A DNA stretch of 63,907 nucleotides, filler included, from Chiloscyllium plagiosum (lineage: Eukaryota), in assembly GCF_004010195.1 (NCBI RefSeq). It is 4 parts of one record of this genome, joined end to end, with 100 filler letters (N's around TTAATTAATTAA, not from the genome) between each part and the next. Parts side by side here need not be neighbours in the genome. Positions count along the whole stretch, not along the records: positions 1 to 15,843 come from NC_057711.1; 3 more parts are not named here. One strand, 5' to 3'. This document shows, piece by piece, positions 1 through 12,451 of the stretch. A program made the translations under genes and the position numbers. The notes below the pieces were generated by a model, which made no database searches, was not told the DNA's origin, and saw only the letters and a list, made by a program, of their open reading frames with translations. Position 1 is the first letter of the stretch. Every line of letters starts with the position of its first letter.

Positions 1-354
1 AGGATGAGGGGTTACTTGATAGAGGTTTATAAGATGATCAGGGGAATAGATAGAGTAGACAGTCAGAGACATTTTCCCTGGGTACAACAGAGTGTTACAA
101 GGGGACATAAATTTAAGGTGAAGGGTGGAAGGTATAGGGGGGATGTCAGGGGTAGGTTCTTTACCCAGAGAGTGGTGGGGGCATGGAATGCGCTTCCTGT
201 GGGAGTGGCAGAGTCAGAATCATTGGTGACCTTTAAGCGGCAATTGGATAGGTACATGGATAGGTGCTTAAGCTAGGACAAATGTTCGGCACGATATTGT
301 GGGCCGAAGGGCCTGTTCTGTGCTGTTTTGTTCTATGTTCTATGTTCTATGTTC
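1..354 (+). mobile_element. CR1 LINE 3' end (ORF2 C-terminus, 3' UTR, (TTCTATG)n tail)
   Basis: ORF 4-276 reads ...LIEVYKMIRGIDRVDS...RGRFFTQRVVGAWNALP, the typical CR1 ORF2 C-terminus, followed by a ttctatg repeat tail. Near-identical to 37190-37712. Confidence 0.92.
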
Positions 355-630
355 AGAGCTTCTCAAAGCGGGGACACTCCCCATTGAATCACAACAATGT
401 CCTACACATTGAACAGTATAGAATCAAATAATTGGTGACCTTTAAGCGGCAATTGGATAGGTACATGGATAGGTGCTTAAGCCAGGACAAATGTTCGGCA
501 CAACATCGTGGGCCAAAGGGCCTGTTCTATGCTGTTTTGTTCTATGTTCTATGTTCAGAGCTTTTCAAAGCAGGGACACTCCCCATTGGATCCCCAATGT
601 CCTACACATTGAACAGTATAGAATCAAATA
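222..630 (+). repeat. Tandem duplication (~209 bp offset) of the CR1 tail plus unique 3' flank
   Basis: attggtgacctttaagcgg...tatagaatcaaata occurs at 222-430 and again at 431-630. Confidence 0.9.
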
Positions 631-1129
631 AAGCTCAACGTCAATGTCACTTAACTCACCAAGTCCATAATACTGGTTCTCCATGACAACCCACCAAGCC
701 TCCCTACCTTACATCCCAATAAGTAACAGTACTAAGCCAGAGGCAGCTGAACACAAAGACTGGAGAAGCTGCAAAAAAAGATGCCATGAATTATACCAGA
801 TCAGAGTGGTTCACAAAGAGATGCCAAGAGGGAAGATTAATGCTACAAAAAACACCTATTGAAACAGTGAAGAAAGACATGAACAAGGTTAGTGGTCAGC
901 AATAGTACTGAAACGTTAAGACTCAAAACAAGTAACTGCTGATAATGTGGAAGCAATAGAGAGTGGTATTATTAGGTGGCTATAAATCTAGACATTTAGG
1001 ATATGTTTCAGGGAATGATGTTCAAAGTGCACAAAAGGAGTTTCATTAAAAAAAAAACAGGAATTAAAAGTCTCATGATGACCATAACCTCTCAGGGAAA
1101 AAAAATAGTTATTCCTATGTGGTTGATTC

Positions 1130-2950
1130 ACATGTGACTCCAGATGCACAGCAATGAGTGACTCTGAATTGCCCTCTGGCCATTTAGGGATGGACAATGA
1201 ATGCTAACCTGGCTAGTAACAACTGCATTCTATGAATGAATGATAAAACCAAAGAAGCCATGGAAGGTGACAAGACCAGACCCATACTGTCCTTAGGATT
1301 CAGGGAATTTCTAGTGAGGAGCAATGAGATTAACTGCTCCAAGGATGAAAATGTTCTGGAGGATTGTGGAGAGACAGGCCAGCTTACAATCATGAGTCCC
1401 AAAGCCAGAAGGTGTTTTTTTCATGTGAAGAGGTCAGTAACCAGTGAATACAGATTTAAGGTCAGAGATAGAGAATAAGAGGAGAATTGAGAAGATATGA
1501 TTTCACATCGAGGGTGATAAAAGTCTGTACTCACTACTTGAAAGGGTGCTTGAGTTAGAAAGAAGTATTTAGGTGTTCATTTGAGTTTTCATTTGCTTCT
1601 TCAATAGCCCACACCTCTGCTTTCTAATTTCTTTTTGATTTTTTAAACCTCCCTCCAATTGAATCCCACCTCTTGCCTCCAACATTGCCCCAATAATTAG
1701 TTTAAAGCCCTCAGTAAGTTGGTAAGAAGGCATATGGATCAAGAGCTACAATATGGAAGAAGTATAGTCAGATCTTTGTTGTCTGAGACAGACATGATGG
1801 TCCAAACAGCCTCTGTCTATGCTCTAAGTGTTCAAAAGTCCATGAATTTACAATGAAACCTTGAAGGAATGGATCTTCAGACTAGGAATAGTTAATTACT
1901 GATTGATTGGCAGTAATTAATACTCTTCATATTGATAAAAAAAGCATTGAAGATGAAATACACAAGATGTAACTTTCTATGCTGAGTTCAGTTTGTATCT
2001 ACCATAGAAATGTTGCAACTTCACATCATTCAGTAAATTTCAATGGTCAGCCAACAACAGGGTTTGGTTACATCAAGTGGCAAATTTTGCCTTCCTGTTT
2101 TCTGTATTTGCAGAATTGTTTTTGAGAAATAAAGACAAATGCCTTTAGTTCCATCATTGTTACTTTGTAAGTTTTGCACCAGCATCTTTCTGAAACCTGA
2201 TTGTGCCTGTAGTATTCTGCACGTCCCCTCACTCTCTGGAAAGTCACCTGAGTTTCTGTGGACTCTGTGCCACTTTGTAATTCTGATGGAAATGCTTTGG
2301 CAGCATCAGGTAAGCGATGGTATCCTGCTTTCATTTTTTGTAAAGCAAATGATTTCTCCCTGATGAAGAAACAACAGTGAAGGAAAATGCATATCGTAAC
2401 AGGTTTGGGAACTAATACCAGATAGCAGATGGTTAATCACAGAGGAGGCAATTACATGTTTGAAAAAATGGATATGAAAGGTCAGCATTCGAAAGTACTT
2501 ACTGCGACCCCGCACCGAGACTGACAGGAGGACTGCAGAAAGACAAACATAGAGAGACTTCATCTTCAATACTTCAGTGTTTCATTCTCCTCACTCACTT
2601 ACTCTTGTCTTTTACTGAAAAATACAGAAGTTACTTGGGTTCCTGTGCACTACCGAAGAAATGTTGATCAGAACCAGAAATGGGAAGTCTGTGTATGGTC
2701 AGTAGCAGCTGAGAGGATGACATAACTGCGTGAAACTGAGGCAGCAACCACAGAAATTTTTAAGAAAAGGAGATATTGTATAAACTTCCAATACAATCTT
2801 CAAAATCCTCAATGTCAACCTCAAACAGTCTGAGATTTATGGCAGGACAGGGTTAGACACAAAGAAAATCTCTCTCTACACTGCTCCCCATCAAACATTC
2901 CTAGGATTGGGACAGCATGGGTTTGGAGTAAAGCTACACTGGAAATCATG
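1130..2950. repeat. Segmental duplication unit, copy 1, left part
   Basis: 1150-1410 matches 18430-18680; 1610-2760 matches 23880-24990; 2150-2820 matches 59960-60660. Confidence 0.85.
2503..2563 (-). CDS. Candidate signal-peptide (leader) exon, copy 1: MKSLYVCLSAVLLSVSVRGR, phase-1 GTAAGT donor
   Basis: ATG at 2563, basic residue plus hydrophobic core, canonical donor at 2502-2497; frame kept in two paralogs. Downstream exon not identified. Confidence 0.45.
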
Positions 2951-3230
2951 GAAATCCCTGCAGTGCAGAAGCAGACCATTTGGTCCATCGAGTCCAATCC
3001 ACCCTCCAGAGAGCATCCCGCCCAGACTCACCCCATTTATCCAATTCTGGAAACTCTGAATCTCCCATGGCTAATTCATCTAACCTGCACATCTTTGGAT
3101 TGTGGGAGGAGACCAGAGTATCTGAAATAAACCCATGCACTCACTTGGATAATGTGCAAACTGCACACAGTCACCCGAGGCTGGAATCCAGAGCAATGAG
3201 GCAATAGTACGAACCAACAAGCCACCACGC
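2947..3230 (-). mobile_element. HE1 (tRNA-derived) SINE
   Basis: Reverse complement matches the HE1 body (ctcccacaatccaaagatgtgcaggttag) seen in other copies here. Confidence 0.8.
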
Positions 3231-3327
3231 TGTCAATGGTTTACCAACCTGAAACAAGGCTCAGACAAATGATTTTCTTGTCCAAAAACCAGTCTTTTAT
3301 TTTACTTGTACACCAGGGGAGAGATCA

Positions 3328-5626
3328 ATGTGTGCAGGAAATTCCTGACACAGTATGGAGACAGGCCAACAAGGGGTGAGGCCACATTAGATTTGGTAAT
3401 GGGTAATGAACCTGGCCAGGTGACAAATTTGGAGGTAGGTGAGCATTTTTGTGATAGTGACCATAATTCAGTTATGTTTACCTTAGTGGTGGAAAGGGAT
3501 AGGTATATACCACAGAGCAAATGTTATACCTAGGGGAAAGGCAATTACAATGCGATTAGGCAAGATTTAGGGTGCATAAGCTGGGAAAGGAAACTGCAGG
3601 GGATGGGCACAGTTGAAATATGGAACTTATTCAAGGACTAGCTACTGAGGGTCCTTGATAAGTATGTACCCGTTAGGTAGGGCAGAAGTTGTCTAGCTCA
3701 GGAGCCGTGGTTTATTAAGGAAGTTGAATCTCTTGCCAAGAGGAAGAAGGCTTATGTTAAGATGAGGTGTGATGGCTCGGTTAGGATGTTTGAGAGTTAT
3801 AAGCTAGTCAGGAATGACCTAAAGAGAGAGCAAGAAGAGCCAGGAGGGTACATGAGAAGTCATTGGTGAATAGGAAAACCTAAGGCTTTCTATAGGTATA
3901 TCAAGAATAAAAGCATGACAAGAGTAGGATGAGGTCCAATCAAGCACAGTTGTGGGAAGTTGTGCATCAGAGGAAATAGGGCAAGTGCTAAATGAATACT
4001 TTTCATCAGTATTCACACTAGAAAAAACCACCGTGATCAAGGTGAATGCTGAGATACTGGCTATTAGACTAGATGTGATTGAGGTGCATAAGAAGGAGTT
4101 GTTTGTAATTCCAGAAAGTGCAAAAATAGATAAATCCCCTGGGCCAGATGGGATTTATCCTAGGATTCTCTGGGAAGCCAGGGAGGAGATTGCCAAGCCA
4201 TTTGCTTTGATCTTTATGTCGTCATTGTCTACAGGAATAGCACCAGAAGACTGGACGATAGCAAATGTTGTTCCCTTATCCAAGAGGGGGAGTAGAGACA
4301 ATCCTGGAAATTATAGATCAGTGAGCCTGACTTCAGTTGTAAGTAAAGTGTTGGAAAGGGTTATATAAGGTTGGATTTATAATCATCCAGAAAGGAATAA
4401 GTTGATTAGGGATAGTCAGCATGGTCTTGTGAAGGGTAGGTCGTGCCTCACAAACCTTATTGAGTTCTTTGCGAAGGTGACCAAACAGGTGGATGAGAGT
4501 AAAGCAGGTATGTGGTGTATATGGATGTCAGTAAGGTGTTTGATAATGTTCCCCAAGATAGGCTATTGCAGAAAATACAGAGGCATGGAATTGAGTGTGA
4601 TTTCATGGTTTGGATCAGAAATTGGCTAGCTGAAAGAAGACAGAGGGTGATGGTTCATGGGAAATATTTATCATGGAGTTCAGTTTCAGATGGGTTACTG
4701 AAAGGATCTGTTTTGGGTCCACTGTTGTTGGTCATTTTATAAATGACGTGGATGAGGGCATAGAAGGATGGGTTAGTAAATTTGCGGCTGACTCTTAGTT
4801 CGGTTGAATTGTGGATAGTGACGAAGGATGTTGTAGGTTGCAGAGAAACATAGATAAGCTGCAGAGCTGGGTTGAGAGGTTAATGCCAAAAAGTGTGAGG
4901 TGATTCACTTTGGAAGGAGTAACAGGAATGCAGAGTACTGGGACTAACAGAAAGATTCTTAGTAGTGTAAATGAGCAGAGAGATCTCAGTGTTCAGATAC
5001 ATAGATCCTTGAAAGTTGCCACCCAGGTTGATAGGGTTGTTAAGAAGGCATAAAGTCTGTTAGATTTTATCGGTCGAGGGATTGAGTTTTGGAACCATGA
5101 GGTCATGCGACAGCTGTACAAAACTCTGGTGCAGTCACATTTGGAATATTGCATACAGTTCTGGCCACTGCATTATAGGAAGGGTGTGGAAGCTTTGGAA
5201 AGGGTTCAGAGGAGATTTACTAGGAGGTTGCCTGGTCTGGAGGGATAGTCTTATGAGGAAAGACTGAGGGACTTGAGGCTGTTTTCGTTAGAGAGAAGAA
5301 GGTTGAGAGGTGACTTAATTGAGACATATAAGGTAATCAGAGGTTTAGATTGGTTGGACTGTGAGACAGTTTTTCTTCGGATGGTGATGGATAGCATGAC
5401 CATCATGCTAGTTTATTTACTCATGGAGTAGTAGGGACGTGGAACGCACTGTTGCAACAGTAGTGGACTCGCCAACTTTAAGGGCATTTAAATTGTCATT
5501 GGATAGTCATATGGACGAGAATGGAATAGTGTAGGTTAGGCTTCAGATTGATTTCACAGGTCAGCACAATATCGAGGGCCAAAAGACCTGTATTACGCTG
5601 TGATGTTCTATGTTCTATGTTCTATG
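3328..5626 (+). mobile_element. 5'-truncated CR1 LINE (end of endonuclease, RT, tail), decayed; inserted in the ERV-A 3' LTR
   Basis: PTRGEATLDLV, KSPGPDGIYPRIL, GNYRSVSLTS, GRSCLTNLIEFF motifs; ttctatg tail at 5605-5626. Confidence 0.95.
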
Positions 5627-5795
5627 GCCTATATACATCAATTGTTGTAGGATAACTTCTCCAAAGAGTTATCTGAACTACTTTTCTAACAAAATCATGG
5701 GAAAGTCTATACACGATTTATTCATTTTAGTAACAAGTGCAGTTATAATATAATACCTTGCTTATGGGAAATTTACACTTAGTATCGGATAGAGC

Positions 5796-6040
5796 ATAGA
5801 ACATAGAAAAGTACAGCACAGAACAGGCCCTTCAGCCCACGATGCTGTGCTGAGGATTAATTCTAATGTAATATAAAATAACCTAATGTACATACCCCTC
5901 AGTTCACTGCTGTCCATTTGCATGTCCAGCAGTCACTTAAATATTCCTCAGGACTCTGCTTCCACAACCACCGCTGGCAACTCTCCGTGTAAACTACCTA
6001 TTTCTGACGTACCCTTTATACCTTTCTCCTACTGTCTTAA
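5796..6040 (-). mobile_element. CR1 3'-end fragment inside the ERV-A 3' LTR
   Basis: atagaacatagaaaagtacagcacagaacaggccc is the reverse-complement CR1 tail; absent from the 5' LTR. Confidence 0.85.
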
Positions 6041-6399
6041 AAATCCAAGCTTCTTCAGGTCACAGAAGCTGTCTGTTCTTTCTCAAAGATGCTAGCCAAA
6101 TAGGCCTATGCTCGCTAAGGCTCATGGATTAATTATGACCACAAAATATCTGCTTGACTCAACAAACTGTCTGCTTTAAAATTATTACTGCTTTATGCTT
6201 TTAGCTGAATGCCTTTATTGTTAGTGATAATACATTTTTATCCTTTATGTTGCAAAATTTTAATCATTTAGCTATTCTATCTTTCATGCTGGCCGAGTAA
6301 GCTGTTTTATTCTTCCACATTCCCCCCTTTTGTCCATAAAGGACAACCAATTCAAATCTGATGGAATGCATTTCTTCCAGGACTAACTGCTCATCTTCT

Positions 6400-7000
6400 G
6401 ATGGGGGGAGCTGAAGGGGTAACCTGTTGGACCATCATAGAAGTGAGTACAGTTTGCCTGAAAAGGAGACACTTAGAGTTTTGCAACAAGAAATCAGAAC
6501 AAGGAGTCCAAGGGCCCATTGTAAAATAGAGCTTCCCCAAATACCTAACAGGGAATGAAGCCAGATGAATAGTCCCCATGGTGCATCTGGGTGTCTGTGT
6601 AGCTCCCCCCTCCAATCTTCCTGATTTTGACTGCCTCCTTTCTGATATTATCAGCAAGGTTAATGATGTTTTTAGAGGAGAAAAGTGTGGTGCTGGAAAA
6701 ACACAGCAGGCCAGGCAGCATCTGAGGAGCAGGAGAATCGACGTTTCAGGCATAAGCCCTTCTTCAGGAAATTTCCTGAAGAAGGGCTTATGCCCGAAAC
6801 GTCGATTCTCCTGCTCCTCGGATGCTACCTGGCCTGCTGTGTTTTTCCAGCACCACATTTTTCAACTCTGGTCTCCAGCATCTGCAGTCCTCACTTTCTC
6901 CTAGATGTTTTTAGAGGAGTCAGGGATGTAAGTGTGACGTTCTGATCCTATGAGGGCACAAGTGCCACCTTTTGTAAACCACATTGTTCTGTTTCTGTCA
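6400..7000 (-). pseudogene. env: ERV-A env transmembrane subunit remnant
   Basis: KGGTCALIGSERHTYIPDSSKNI (degenerate CX6CC), then NLADNIRKEAVKIRKIG and, after a frameshift, the hydrophobic WGLFIWLHSLLGIWGSSILQWALGLLVLISCC. Confidence 0.8.
6681..6903. mobile_element. Palindromic Penelope-derived insert with hammerhead-ribozyme core; 16-bp TSD
   Basis: Inverted arms meet at ggaaatttcc; CTGAAGA-A-GGGC-TTAT-GCCC-GAAAC-GTC at 6776-6803; TSD gatgtttttagaggag at 6665-6680 and 6904-6919. Confidence 0.85.
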
Positions 7001-8771
7001 AAACAACTAGCATTCTAACCACTATCTATTTCTACTGTCTTAGTGTATTCCTTTTTTTTAAAAAAAATTTCTGTTAATTTTGATTAATTATCCTGTTAAC
7101 ACAGGTTATAAGTTCAATAGAAGCAGACACAATTGTAAGCAGATACAATTAACTATTTCAGATCCCTCAACTCCTCCCTTTTTGATTTAAAACACTCAAA
7201 ATCAAAATGCAAAAGCAATCTTAAAATCACCAAAACAAAAACATGTCAGATGTAAGGGGCCCAGAGCATCTTGTGAGTATGCTCAGAGACCTCCAAATGG
7301 TGTAGTTGGGGAGGGCTAAGGGACTGAGCGAGACAGCACTTTGATATGCAACATGCAAGGAGAGGCTTCAGCAGTTGCTGAATACAATGAGCAAGAAGAA
7401 CAAAATAAGAAGTGCTAGTATTAAAAAAAATACAATAACTTCCCCATCTCAAGCTATTGCAACAATTCTTATCAAACCTCAAGTTCACTCACTGATTGCT
7501 TGTTAGCATTATGCATGGATTCAAAAATTCCCCACTTCTCTTTTTTGAGGTATTCACATGTCATCATTTTTTTTTTGCCCTTTTACTTCAGCTCACTTTT
7601 GCTGTTTTAAAGTCTGTTTCTCTATGGATTATGTGTCAGTGTCTTATCATTTGAACTATGCTTTTGTGCCGATACAAGCCACAGACTAATTCATTTTTCA
7701 AGTCGGTGTACATGTCTGACACCCATTCTTCAATGCATGTTTTTAAACTCGTGTTTTGTTTGTTACCTCCAGGGTGACATTCACTTTTGCATACTTCCAT
7801 CATATCCAAAGACCATGCCATGCATTCTTGTCTCCCACATGAGCAATCAATTGACCCATGAGTTTTTACTTATCTCTCAATAGATGGTAAAGATGTCTCA
7901 GGCAGTGGCTTCATCACCACATCCGTACTCTTAAAAGGAAAGACAAGGACACAAACATCACTTACAGAAAGTTATCAATTTAATACTTTCATCTTAAGTT
8001 CCTTTTCACTAAAATACATGTTAAAAGTCAATTGCCATTCCATCCCATTATCCTAAATTGGTTTTCTTCTGCTACTAATCTTCATTCATATTTACGTCAC
8101 CTCATCCAATTTTGCCATTTAACTATTACCACCTATCTAATTTAAGAGATGTGGAGAAATCAGTAGTCCATGGCAGATTATTTTATAATATTTTAAAACA
8201 GAAGTCAAATATTTCTGTTTGATTCAGGCAGGTTATATTTTGTCTGTTGTTTCTCTAAGATGCCCCACATATCTTAAACTTACTTCATAGCTCATTCTAG
8301 ATATTTGACATTTATGACATATCTCTGCAAATTTGATCAAAACCAAAATTCTGTTTACACTCCCAAAGTCACAAACAATTTTTTTCACAGTATTTCTTCA
8401 ATGTTGTCAGCTGCAAATTGCTGATACCTCATCCATCACTGTGTTGCGATCAGGAAAACAAAAATAACCATCCATTCTACCCCAAGCAGAATGAATTAAT
8501 AAGTGGTTTAAGGGTTGGAGTGATAACTCCTGTGCATAATTATGTCGACCATCTCTCCCTCTTTCTCTCTCTTTTCTCCTATTCAGAAAATGTGTGTTAT
8601 AATTAACAAAGAAAAGCCTACCTTGTTGGTATTAGTTTTGTTTTTCAGACTTTAGAACATATCATCCGGATATTGTTCAAAGAGAAATACATTTCCAAAA
8701 TTCCAATTTTTCTATTACTTTGATACTTTCATACCAAAAATACATTTATAATCTTATCATCCAGAACTAAA

Positions 8772-9019
8772 GGCATGGTGGCTCACTGCTGCCTCACAGT
8801 GCCAGGGAGTGTGGTTCAATTCCCATCTTGAATGACTGTGTGGAGTTTGCACATTCTCCCCGTGTCTGTGTGGGTGAATTGGCCATGCTAAATTGCCCAT
8901 AGTGTTAGATACATTCATCAGGGGTAAATGTAGGGGAATGGGTCTGGGTGGGTTACTCTTTGGTGTGGACTTGTTGGGGTGAAGGGCCTGTTTCCATACT
9001 GTAGGGAATCTAATCTAAT
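8772..9019 (+). mobile_element. HE1 SINE
   Basis: tRNA-like head, gagtttgcacattctccccgtgtctg core, aatct tail. Confidence 0.9.
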
Positions 9020-9399
9020 GATTCACTCATATTGGAACACTCACACCAGAACAGGAAATTCTAAACATGTTAATTTTCAATTCTGAGAGGTAAATTTCTT
9101 CCAATCTTTATGATCCAATTTTTAAATCAACACTTTGTTGCAGATTTTGCATTACACAGTCACTGATAGTTCCTTAAAAGGACATTACATTAAACATATA
9201 TTTCCATACTGATACAGACACACATCACACTTCCAAATCACCATAGATTCCCAAAATGCAAACTAAATTCAAAGCATTCCTGGATCTTGAGGTCCAAGGA
9301 ATGAAAACATAAACATTCAACCACCAACAAAAAAAAACATTCAAACCAGACCACAAAGAGTTAACACTTAGTTCAGTGAACACAGCACCAAAAGTCGGT

Positions 9400-9416
9400 G
9401 TGTCTGTCTGTCTTTC

Positions 9417-9451
<35 letters not shown>

Positions 9452-9452
9452 G
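9400..9452. repeat. (TGTC)n/(TC)n microsatellite
   Basis: Seen directly. Confidence 0.9.
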
Positions 9453-9599
9453 ACTAGGACACCGTCTAATTGTTCTAAGTGATTGCAACTAAATGTGGCA
9501 TTAGGTGGAAATGATTCCTCAGGATTTTTTTTATGATGGCTTTCATTAAAAGTGTTTTTCCCCATTTTTAGACACTTACATTTAAATTCGAATATTGCC

Positions 9600-10646
9600 A
9601 ATTGGATTTCGGGTCAATTAAAAACCAACAGTCCATGGATCTTGCATTGTTTCACTGAGGGGGATCCAAGCCTCTTGCAGAGACAAACTGGCCGTTAACT
9701 CCTAGGGAGGACTTTCCTCTTTAAGCCGTACTTTGAGAGGGGTCTTCATTCCCCTTTTGTTTCATTCATGGCACAGAACAATAGTTCATAAATCACTGAT
9801 GGTCATCTTGAGTAGGATGGTAGGGTGGGGGAGTTTATCAATATTAGTTCTAAGCTCGGATGGTGTCCAGGGTCGGTGAACCAACACTGGCTGTCCTCCC
9901 TGAGGATTAGGGAAATATCTCATAGGGACCATACCAGGGTGAGAGTCGGTAAGTGTCACAGCTGCCACTGCACAGGTTTGACCACTTGCCTGGCTGTAAG
10001 CTTGTTGTTCTTTTCTACAGTTATATATTTCCATTTGTTTTTGTATATCCTGTTGATGTTTTCTAAAGTCTATCTTTAAACTAGCATTGTCAGCAGAGCG
10101 GCTGGTGGAGGCATCTAAATAGTGACCTAACACCACCACATCTGGCAATTGCAGCTGTTGTTCACCCCTTGGATCTTGCTCAGGGGTAGTGGGGAATAAT
10201 AGTTGTCTAATTCTTGGTCTAGAGTCTCCTTATCTGCCTGTGTAGATGGAGAGGCGCTTGGCTTACATCCTTCAGGCTGTTTGTGAATTTCCACTTGTTG
10301 CCTATTATCTGCAACTTGCTGTGGCTTTTCTTTCTTTTTCTTCCCTGCATAACCTGTTTCAATACTTTTGTCTCTTCTTCTCTCAGCTTCCCTTTTCCAA
10401 TCTCCAAACGTTGCCTGGTTTACCTGTTTCTTGTCTCTTCTAAATCAGTCTCCATCTAATAGACACTCTTCTATACAGGATATTCTTCCCGAGTTAAAGG
10501 AGCTTTCAGATGAAAATGACTGGTGGCTAGCTTTAGTCCACTTCACCCAATTTTCTAAGTGGTCAATTGATGTTTGGCTGCAGTTTTTGTAACATGAAAT
10601 AGCCTGAGGTAATTTTAGGTGGGATTTTGCTAACTCTGGCTCCTAT
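9600..10646 (-). pseudogene. gag: ERV-A gag remnant (matrix, capsid N-terminus)
   Basis: (M>I)GARVSK myristoylation-type start at 10646, LENWVKWT, and capsid-start-like PMRYFPNPQGGQPVLVHRPWTPSELRTNIDKLPHP. Confidence 0.75.
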
Positions 10647-11014
10647 CCTATTTTTGAACAATCTGTCCTTAATTTGGCTGAATAGTTTTACAATGTTCTC
10701 AGTCACTCAATTTCCTTTTTTTCAGTCCAACCAGTGGTCTCTACAGCCACTTCTTCTGGCCTTCATGTGGCCCACCTGAGCTCTTAATTCAGGCTCAGTC
10801 TGGATGTTTGAGAACTTTTTTCTGAGTGACTGAGTTCACTGCACTCAACCAAGTGTGTGCAGTGTCCCAACTTCCCCTGTTGGGATCCCCCAATTAAATT
10901 TGCCCCCCCAAAAAAAACTCACAAAAAACATCAAACATATAATTTAAAATATTTACATGAATCCTTTGATCTCATAAATCTAATACAATAAACAAATCAT
11001 ACAAACAGTAGTCT

Positions 11015-11758
11015 GTTGTGGTTCTGTTCGCTGAGCTGGGAATTTGTGTTGCAGATGTTTCGTCCCCTGTCTCACTGACATCCTCAGTGCTTGGGAGCCT
11101 CCTGTGAAGTGCCTCTGTGATCTTTCCTCCGGCATTTGTAGGGTTTGAATCTGCCGCTTCCAGTTGTCAGTTCCAGCTGTCTGCTGCAGTGGTCGGTATA
11201 TTGGGTCCAGGTCAATGTGCTTTTTGATTGAATCAGTGGATACCCAGTATGAGCAAAACCAACGTAGTATACAAAATCCCATGCAAGGACTGCACAAACA
11301 CTACATAGGACAAACAGGAAGACAGCTAATGATCCACAACCATGAACACCAACTAGCCACGAAAGACACAACCAGCTATCCTTAGTAGCCACACACGCAG
11401 ATGACAAGCAACATGAGTTTGACTGGGACAACACTACTATTATAGGACAAGCCAAACAGAGAACAGCCAGGGAATTTCTAGAGGCATGGCACTCATCCAC
11501 AGATTCAATCAATAAGCACATCGACCTGGACCCAATATATCGGCCACTGCAGAGGACAGCTGGAACTGGCAACCGGAAGCGGCAGATTCAAACCACTGCA
11601 AATGCTGGAGGAAAGATCACAGAAGCGCTTCACAGGAGGCTCCCAAGCACTGAGAATGTCACCGAGACAGGGGACGAAACGTCTGCAACACAAATTCCCA
11701 GCTCCCGAATAGAACCACAACAACGAGCACCCGAGCTACAAATCTTCTCCCAAACTTT
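11015..11758 (+). mobile_element. Penelope-like element (Poseidon-type) 3' part: GIY-YIG endonuclease, inverted terminal copy, hammerhead cores; 12-bp TSD
   Basis: NVVYKIPCKDC..HYIGQTGR...EH...HEFDW...REFLEAWHS across frameshifts; 11015-11245 is an inverted copy of ~11500-11725; TSD aaacagtagtct at 11003-11014 and 11759-11770. Confidence 0.9.
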
Positions 11759-12432
11759 AAACAGTAGTCTCAGTATTGATTTTGTCACTGGCAGGGCTTA
11801 TCAAGAGTACTCACTGTGAGTATGTATTTGAAATCGTCCACGTAACAAGGTCATATTTGAAAACAAGCAACCAGATAATGATAATAAAGACACTTAACAG
11901 CGGCTCGGTATATGTTTGACAGCCCCCCGATTTGGCTCAAAAATCATACTGTTAAACAATGAACATTGGTCGGTATATGTTTGACAGCCACCAACCTGGG
12001 TAAGAAAAAGAATCTCTCAAACCATCAGTTACACTTCATAATCTCTATTCAAAATATCAGCAACTGTTCATCACTAACTCTTCATATCTCTTAAACGGCC
12101 ACGGATCCTTCCAGCACACACGTTTATAATGATCAATTCTTCAAAACTTAATGTAACTCACTCTTATCAATGTCAACCGTGCCTGGTTTGATTCCAGAAC
12201 GAAATCTCATCTGACCGGGTCCGTGCGACTGGTCGAGTGAGAGATAGCAGATGAAGCACGGAAATGAGCCTTATTAATTGCAGTACCTTCGCAGATGGAG
12301 ACAGGCAGCAGCGCCACACTATCCAAGGACAGAACCCACTTAAGCGATCAAGGGTCACCACTTGCCCGGTCAGGGTTCCACCTCGAAAGTTTGGCAGCTC
12401 TCCCCGCTGTTGTTTCCCTGCGAAGATCAAGC

Positions 12433-12451
12433 AATCTCAGTGGGACCTCCA
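12433..12451 (-). promoter_or_regulatory. Primer-binding site, tRNA-Gln
   Basis: Plus strand aatctcagtgggacctcca versus vertebrate tRNA-Gln 3' end AATCTCGGTGGGACCTCCA (one mismatch); 7 nt from the LTR end. Confidence 0.85.

Noticed and set aside
2068..2334. 88-aa ORF MKAGYHRLP... as exon 2 of the leader
   Set aside because: Paralogs have stops in this frame (TAA, TAG) and the phase does not fit.
2503..2532. SSCQSRCG frame resembling a somatomedin-B start as a 30-nt mini-exon
   Set aside because: The second Cys is lost in copy 3, remaining cysteines are absent, and substitutions are synonymous in the leader frame instead.
6391..6945. Recurrent ORFs such as MWCWKNTAGQAASEEQENRRF across the window
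   Set aside because: Chance translations of the non-coding Penelope terminal repeat, not a gene family.
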